Of a stretch of DNA of 52,319 nt, positions 45,326-52,319 are shown piece after piece. The DNA lies in NCBI GenBank assembly GCA_030295235.1, contig AP026143.1:806001-858319 (forward strand), written 5' to 3'. The notes beneath the pieces are model-generated. The model was given only the letters and a program-made list of their open reading frames with translations, ran no database searches and had not been told where the DNA came from. Origin of the DNA: Fistulifera solaris (taxonomy: Eukaryota). The position numbers were made by a program, and so were the translations under genes. The number at the start of each line of letters is the position of its first letter. Position 1 is the stretch's first letter.

Positions 45326-48300
45326 ATGGACTACGACAAGAACTCTGACAATGAACCCTTGGACCCCTCTCTCTTGGAGGGACTCGAGGACTTGGGTGAC
45401 AAAGGTGGTAGTGATGTGGGCTTAAGTGATCCTTTGATGAAGGAAGGTGGAAGCAAAGGCGGCAACGACTATTCTTCGTGGAGCGAAGGTGGCAACACGG
45501 AAAGCATGCACCGTCATCATAAGCGTCAACGAAGCGAGGATCTGCAGATTGTATCGGCAAAGCTTCGCCGAAAGATTTATGATCTTGAGGATGCACGACG
45601 CCCAGCTGCTGCTCGGTTGACAATGGGACGAATGCACGCCCGGTCCGGTGTACTTTCATAAAGTAGCTCCGAGGACAATGATTTCACATCGCAGCAACGA
45701 AGCGACAATGAGAGTTCTGCTGAAGTTCAAGGCGACACCAATGGACAAATGGACAATGACAGTGTGAATGTTCAAGAACAGAGAGCGGAAGATACTGGTG
45801 CTTCTCGAGTGAATGTATTTGTGAGCCCTGGCGGTGACAATGGAGACCTCGACACAGTGATGGAAGGAGAACACATCATGCCCAACAAGACCGTGAAACA
45901 ACTGTTCAATCCGTTCACCAACTTCCAATATGATGGCGAGCGTTATCTGCATTGCTCTTGCGGTGCCAAAATCTCCACTTCTCCTTCAACTCAGACGACA
46001 CACGTGCAGCGAATCTCATAAGGGCTATCACTTGAAGACTAAAGTGGCCGAGGCCTACTACAATTCAATCAGGGGTGACATTGACCCGTTGGCTATTGAC
46101 TTCGAGGAGGAGGAAGAATTTGTAACTGCTCCCGACTATTCCATCTCAATCAACGCTCTTGAGAAATATCGCCACAAAAATGAGAAGACCGGACCTTATG
46201 TCCGCCTTCTTCAGCGGTTGATTGTTAAGTGCAACAACAATCAGGACGATTTCGAAACATTCATGAAGTGCCACGCAAACTTTATCTCTGTACCGCTGCA
46301 TATTGCCGAAGAGAGAGAGATTTCATTTCACGTTTTTCTTGGCGGAAGGATGGATCAGAGCGGATCATGTTGAGTACTTGGTGGAGGAGATTGTGGCTAC
46401 AATCAGAAGCAAGATTCTTTTGTTCAAGGACAGCGAGAACGACAGCAGTCAGCTACCGACAACATTCACCCTTTTGAATACTAACTTGGCCAAGCTGCTA
46501 GAAGAGCTAAAGTTCTTCTTGATGTACTTGTGGCGATCTGGATCAAGTCGCTTTGTCACTCGTATTGAGCGCGCCTACAAAAAGTATCTAGAGGATGGGT
46601 TACGCAATGACATTCTTCTTCCTTCCATTCTGAAAGACTACTACAACGATGTTGCCAACGGAACTTCTGAGATTACGGAAGTCGAGACCTACTGCATGGT
46701 TAGAGCTATGAAGCTTGTTGGTAACAACCTGAGCCTCAAGAATGGAAGCTATGTTGCCTCAACTGTATCCTGCATCACGAAATTGCTACGCACAGGACTT
46801 GCTAGCTACCTTGCACTTTCAACAAAGGCTACGTTCGAGGACAAGCTACGCCTTGCATCAATTGCTCAAGATAGCTATCTCATTTCCTCTTTGGCTGGAT
46901 TTACTCGGCGTCTGCGCACAATGGTGAACCTACAAGGCCATACGGGCAAAGCATGGATTGATGCAAGCGGCGACATTCACTACGAAAACAATACTTATGC
47001 GGCCTACAAATGGAAGATTTTAATCCCAGAAACACTTTCTCGATGCACAACAATTTTTGAAAGCATCTTTCAGGGCGATGAATTCAAGGTCTTCCTCGAT
47101 ATGAAGTGGCCAATTCAGGTTCAAAAGGGAGACGGTCAAACTTATTCTTTCGCCTTTACCAAGGATGAACACGAATTCAAGTCCGAGGATCTACAACTGA
47201 CCACGGATGCCGCTGTATTGGAGTACTACCTGGGTAAGCTCTCAATGTATCTTGAGCTGGCATTTGAAGCGTATGGATGCGGTCCAGGAAGACTTGCTGA
47301 AGTTCATCGAATGGAAATGGGTGATTTACTTTATGAGCTTGGAACCTTCAGTTACAATCTTATTGTGATCAAGACTGCATCTGCAACTATTCCAGACTCG
47401 CAGCCTTGAAGCGAAGGTGAAGCATACTCTCCCCATGGAAATGGCTCGTGTCTTCTTATTGTATCGGGAGATTCTGTCACGACTCAACGAATATAAGAAT
47501 CATCCAGCTGCTTTACCATCAATCAAGAACAACAAACACAAAATCGGCCATGCAGCACAAGACTTGCTCGACTTGGACAACACACCGGGCGCCCTTGAGA
47601 TACGACAAGCATTCACATCCTTTCAAAGCGTGGTGTTTCGACGGCCAGAATGTTGATTTGAATTGTGTCGAGAAAGCAGCAGAGATGGCTGGACATACCG
47701 CAAACACTCATTTTGGTAGCTATAGTACAAGGGTGATGGGAGCGCCTTTGACTATGGTTCGTCGGTTGCACGTAGCACTTGGAGGAGCCCCTATTAAGTT
47801 TGACACAAGCCGGCTGAACGATGGCAAGATTTTGGGCGGTTTGCGCTTTTGTGTCAATCCAGACGCACAGTATTTCTCGCCAGAACAGAAACTACTTCTC
47901 GAGTATGCAGCACATGAAAGTGTCTGTGTCCATGGCAATGTACCATGTGGTGGAGGCAAGTCGATGACTTGGAATGCGATTATTGCTGCGAGACGACAAA
48001 ACTGTATGGAACGAAAGTCAATGCTGGTGGTTTCGCCTTACAAGCAATTGAACGAACATCATGCTGCAGTTTCTATAGATCTATTGAGCAGGGCAGGGGC
48101 AAGAATCGAAGTTGTTAGTTCATCGGACGAGCATACAAGTAAAGCACTTCGCTGCTTTGATTATGAGTGACGACAGACCAGATATCGTCTTCCTGTCTCT
48201 TTCTGCTTTTGCTTCGCTATGGAAGTACGGGAAGAGCTGTCTCAAAGCAAACTATCTTCTGCGTATCATTTTGGATGAGATTCACACAATTCTCTCAGAG

Positions 48301-49701
48301 TTCTACCGTGAGGAATGCAAGGCACTAAAAAACCTTGGTGGCTTGGTTAGTGCCAATGGAATCCCAGTTCCAGTCATGACACTTTCTGGAACACTGCATC
48401 GTGAGCTAGTTTGTCCTATTTACAAATACATGGGGCTCGATTATTCCAAGGCCATTATGATTGAAAGCGACGGTCTCATGGGTCGGTTGCCGACTGGCTT
48501 TACTTTGAATGTAAAAAAGTCACGGACTTGGTTCAAGCAGCAAGTGAAGCGGCTCGGCGACGCTTACAAAGCACACCAGAAGGAAGCATTCATATCATTT
48601 GTGAAACGAAAGGTCTCCTGAATAAGATTGATCAAGAACTCAGCAAAGACTTTTCGACGATGCAAGCAGGCGGTGACACACCGGACGATTTGAAGAGAGA
48701 AATTGCCAAAGGCTGGTTTGCAGGAAAATGTCAAGTCTACATTACAACTACGTGCGCCCTAGTTGGAAACGAGAGTGCCAGATGCTTCCACGTGCTTGTT
48801 GTCGGCAATATTTACAGTCCGAACAATGCTGTGCAGGCGTTTAATCGACTTGAGAGAGACAGCGTCGAGCGAATGGATCGTTCAAATACTCTACACAAAT
48901 CCGCAAATCCCCTATTTTCAAGAGACGGATGAAAAGAACTGGGAGAAGATCTTGAGAGAGGGAGTCTTGGATCAGAGCGTGAAGACGTACTACTTCAAAA
49001 CATGCTCACGGATGTCGCTCTTGGAATGGATGCAGGAAAAGAACAGCTGTGCGATTGTGCGCATCAATCAAATCTACGATCTCAACCCGGGCAACCCGTG
49101 TGGCACTTGCAAATGTTGCCATTACGTTCGGACAGGTCAGGCAACGTCAGCAGGAACTCGAAAAACGACGGATATCAATCAAGCCCGAGCGACTGTTCAA
49201 GCGGTTCAAGTGGTTCAAGCGGGTCAGGCGGCGTCGGCGGGGAATCCAAGAACGATCGATAACAATCAAGTCCGCAGGGATGCGGAACGAGTTTTGGATC
49301 AATTGGTATCAATGTGCATCATTTGTGGAAGCGCAAATTGTGATGGTGAGATGTGCGCTAAAAAATATGGCAAATGCTTCAGGTGCGGTCTGAATCACCA
49401 CAGCAAGGAATGCACACAAGTCACCGTGTCGGACATCTTTGCACGTGTCAGAGAAAAGCGGAGGGTTAACGGGTGTTACAAATGTCTGCAAGCACACGTC
49501 TATACTGGGGGTTCCGGTCGATGCAGCTGTCCGTATAAAAAACGACTTCGTCGAGTCATACACGATGCCTTCGAGACTGCTTTCACGAAAGATTCGATGG
49601 TATCATACGATAGGTTCCTTGGTGATATTCTGGCGGACAAAGAAAAGTACGATCAGTTACTTGCCTCATACATCGATTACACACCCAAGCATAGGAAGTA
49701 G
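45326..49701 (+). CDS. Telomere-linked helicase: tyrosine-recombinase-like domain fused to a RecQ-like SF2 helicase and C-terminal Zn fingers (~1450 aa reconstructed; one in-frame stop and about 7 frameshifts, so possibly a pseudogene)
   Basis: Chain of + ORFs from 45056 to 49701. YR-like motifs: GPGRLAEVHRMEMGDL (R 47290), VIKT (K 47371), LEIRQAFTS (R 47603), AAEMAGHTANTHFGSY (H 47694, Y 47721). Helicase motifs: VPCGGGKS (I), VVSPYKQL (Ia), IILDEIH (II), LSGT (III), ITTTCALVG (V), QAFNRL (VI). Zn motifs: CGTCKCC, CIIC...C...C, CFRCGLNHHSKEC, CYKC. Confidence 0.8.
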
Positions 49702-50761
49702 ATATGAAGTAATCAAATGCATTATTGACAGTTTGATTATCCTGTTTTCGCATGGCCTAGTTACTAGCATTCGAAATACGAAATCACCGGGCCATTCTCC
49801 GCTTATATTTATCAATTAGGTATCCCGATTGATGATATACTTCGAAGAGAGAGACAATCGAACGACATACATTCACCAATCACCAAGTCGATTCGGCGTG
49901 TCTAACGAAACTGCGCATGATACGGATACGGACGAAACACAAAGGGACAACAAATCAGAGAGGAAGTCAAACACATACACGCACGCACACACGCACACGC
50001 ACAAACAACTCAAATTTCCCGAGATGGAATGGAATGCCAACCGTGTTGCCTTATTGCAAACGATGTCTGGGCTCACATCCGGGCTCCACTCAAACCCCTT
50101 GTGCAGAGTCTCGTACTCCACCCTCTCTTTTTGAGGTAGAGTGTTTCCGAAGGTAGACAAGCACAGCCGCACTGCAGTTGCGTCCGTGCCCAAAATCCCC
50201 ACCATTTACGACTGACCAAGCAACAGCGGCTGGTGCGACCGCATCCGATCCATTTGCCTATCGTTCTTAACGGCGGAAAGGATATCCCTAGTGGAGTGTG
50301 CTGCTTGGTACTGTCTTCTTCTCTCAATACACTTTAAACGAGCACGACAACGATGACGATGTTGACCGCGAGAGAAGAAGAATAACAGAAAAAGATCGCT
50401 TGGATCGACAACCGGCATGCGCAATTGTCGTGCGCGTTAGTGCTCAGCAAATCTCTGCGCTTGTCGATTGCTGTGTAATGTTTGAAGTTTCGTTGGGATC
50501 AGCGGAATTAGTAACAACATGAAAAGCATCGAGCATCAATGAGCGTCGTGTGGTTGAAAGGTGCCGAACTCGTCCGTTTTGATTTCGCGTCGGTTGCATT
50601 TTGTCGGTTTCGCGGGCAAAATGAAGCAGCATGACTGGATTCATTCACTAAACTTCACGTACAATCACGTACAATTACACGGGGAAAAACACCGTCGACG
50701 GACAGACGTAGCGTTTTCAGAAAAAATCTGGAAAAAACCGCGCAAACAAGCGACGGTGACG

Positions 50762-50831
50762 TTAGGGTTAGGAATTTGGAAATTGGGATATGGAACTTGG
50801 AATGTGGAAAGGAAACTTAGAACTAGGTAAA
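50762..50831 (+). repeat. G-rich telomere-like subtelomeric repeat, right copy
   Basis: TTAGGGTTAGGAATTTGGAAATTGGGATATGGAACTTGG...AACTTAGAACTAGGTAAA, 65/70 identical to 41681-41750. Confidence 0.9.
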
Positions 50832-51980
50832 GCGGAATATGGTAACTAGGAAGAGGTAAATTAGGTAGAAGGAACAAGCAGATAATTGGAAAAGAGGAAT
50901 AGGTGGGAAAATAGGGAAATAGGAAAGATATTGGACATTGAGCACCAGTAAGACATGTCGCTGTAGCATGGTCTGTCCATCACACCCACTGACATTTCGA
51001 AAATTTCAGCAGTCTGTCCTTCCCACCCGACAATGGCACCCTTGTCATGCAAGAAGGATTGAAGCAATTCCACTTCAAAGACGAATTTGATGCCGTTTTC
51101 AAGCGTCAAAATAGCGGATATGATACTTTGTAAACAGGAAGGGGGGATGAAAAAAGAAGCGGATGATTTGAGCGAGTATTGAGTGAGATATGGTTCCTCA
51201 AAAGTCACCATGCTTGGAGACACTCAAAAGGGGTCCTTTCTATGGCTTGAACCGACACTTTGCATGACTTTCATATGAATTTTAAAGTCAGGATCCACAT
51301 CAACGGACAAATTATTGATACATGGAGGAGTTTGGTGGCCAAAGGAGCATACATGGATAAGTAAATGCTGTCTGAAAAGGATAACACTTTGGCAGCAGAC
51401 ATGAAAGTGGGTGAAAACAATGTAGTAAAATGTTTAATAGACACCGCATTTTGAAGAATTTGACTATTATTGTATTGTGAATAGAGAGGGAAGAAGTTAT
51501 ATTCTCAGAAGCCTTGTTTTGATTGACTTAAAGGAATTTGAAGTTTGGTCAACAGCCATTGTTCAGTGAGCCGGATTTTCACTTGTAGCTTGTGAGGCAG
51601 TGGTCCAATTGAACCAGCGACTTCACGGTTACATCCGCAATAAAAAGCTGCATATTTGGGTATGTTGAAGCGGTAAGAAAGAAGTCAAAAATGGGCCTCA
51701 GATGTATCTTTTGATGATACCGGATGAAGTGACAAAATTTTCGGAAAATTCTGTTGAATCCAAAGTATTGTGGAGCAGTGTGTTGATTTTTCAACAAACT
51801 GCTCCTTTATTTATGCTGCGCAGTGATTTTTGGAGGGTGTGCAGAACTTTTTTCCTAACCTACTACTATTAACTATGTCCTACTAAATACATAAATAATT
51901 AACTAAATAATTAAATGGAAATGATGATGGTATATAGTACTGTCCGAAGGACAGAGAAATAGCCTCGACTGGCTAATAAA

Positions 51981-52319
51981 TAGGTTTAGGTTTAGGGTTA
52001 GGGTTAGGGTTAGGGTTAGGGTTAGGGTTAGGGTTAGGGTTAGGGTTAGGGTTAGGGTTAGGGTTAGGGTTAGGGTTAGGGTTAGGGTTAGGGTTAGGGT
52101 TAGGGTTAGGGTTAGGGTTAGGGTTAGGGTTAGGGTTGAGGGTTAGGGTTAGGGTTAGGGTTAGGGTTAGGGTTGGGGTTAGGGTTAGGGTTAGGGTTAG
52201 GGTTAGGGTTAGGGTTAGGGTTAGGGTTAGGGTTAGGGTTAGGGTTGAGGGTTAGGGTTAGGGTTAGGGTTAGGGTTGGGGTTAGGAGTTAGGAGTTAGG
52301 AGTTAGGGTTAGGGTTAGG
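51981..52319 (+). repeat. Telomere, (TTAGGG)n
   Basis: Pure TTAGGG array from 51992 to the end, preceded by TAGGTTTAGGT variants. A few TTGAGGG, TTGGGG and TTAGGAG variants occur distally. Confidence 0.99.

Larger units (their letters stand above)
41681..50831 (+). mobile_element. Putative telomere-linked helicase element (~9.1 kb): RusA-like resolvase, fold-back region and tyrosine recombinase-RecQ helicase fusion between direct repeats; boundaries inferred
   Basis: 70-bp direct repeats 9081 bp apart, each beginning TTAGGGTTAGG. The only recognisable genes inside are recombination-related. The module ends ~1.15 kb from the telomere. Confidence 0.55.

Noticed and set aside
45659..47409. Stop-codon recoding or programmed frameshifting in the helicase gene
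   Set aside because: The breaks are numerous and heterogeneous, and similar indels occur in housekeeping genes. Error or decay is the simpler explanation.
50930..51850. Possible decayed coding sequence between the right repeat and the telomere
   Set aside because: Many stops in all frames and no recognisable motif; not homologous by eye to the RusA segment that follows the left repeat.
52135..52310. Variant telomere units TTGAGGG, TTGGGG and TTAGGAG
   Set aside because: They are sporadic and lie at the contig end, where coverage is usually low, in a sequence with evident indel errors. They cannot be taken as real telomerase variants.

Overview
A 52-kb eukaryotic chromosome end that finishes in a (TTAGGG)n telomere at 51992-52319. 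It is most likely from a diatom, inferred from compact genes, 64-89 nt GT-AG introns and signal peptides followed by F/W (bipartite plastid targeting). The first ~37 kb is gene-dense. It holds a plastid-targeted hypothetical protein, an ER thioredoxin/PDI-like selenoprotein with three in-frame TGA codons (G-U-G-U-U), serine acetyltransferase, a ~3250-aa BEACH/WD40 protein, plastid trigger factor, three related low-complexity proteins (two with LRPGxxRGxS repeats), COX10, an LRR protein and a DUF1415-like protein. The last ~15 kb is subtelomeric. A complete PIF/Harbinger transposon (42-bp TIRs, TAA TSD) is followed by a ~9.1-kb module bracketed by 70-bp telomere-like direct repeats. The module carries a RusA-type Holliday junction resolvase, a long fold-back sequence, and a large gene fusing a tyrosine-recombinase-like domain to a RecQ-like helicase and Zn fingers. 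This telomere-linked recombinase/helicase/resolvase module is the best candidate for an undescribed system. Many genes show single-base indels in homopolymer runs, probably assembly errors. All family assignments come from motif recognition by eye; no searches were run.
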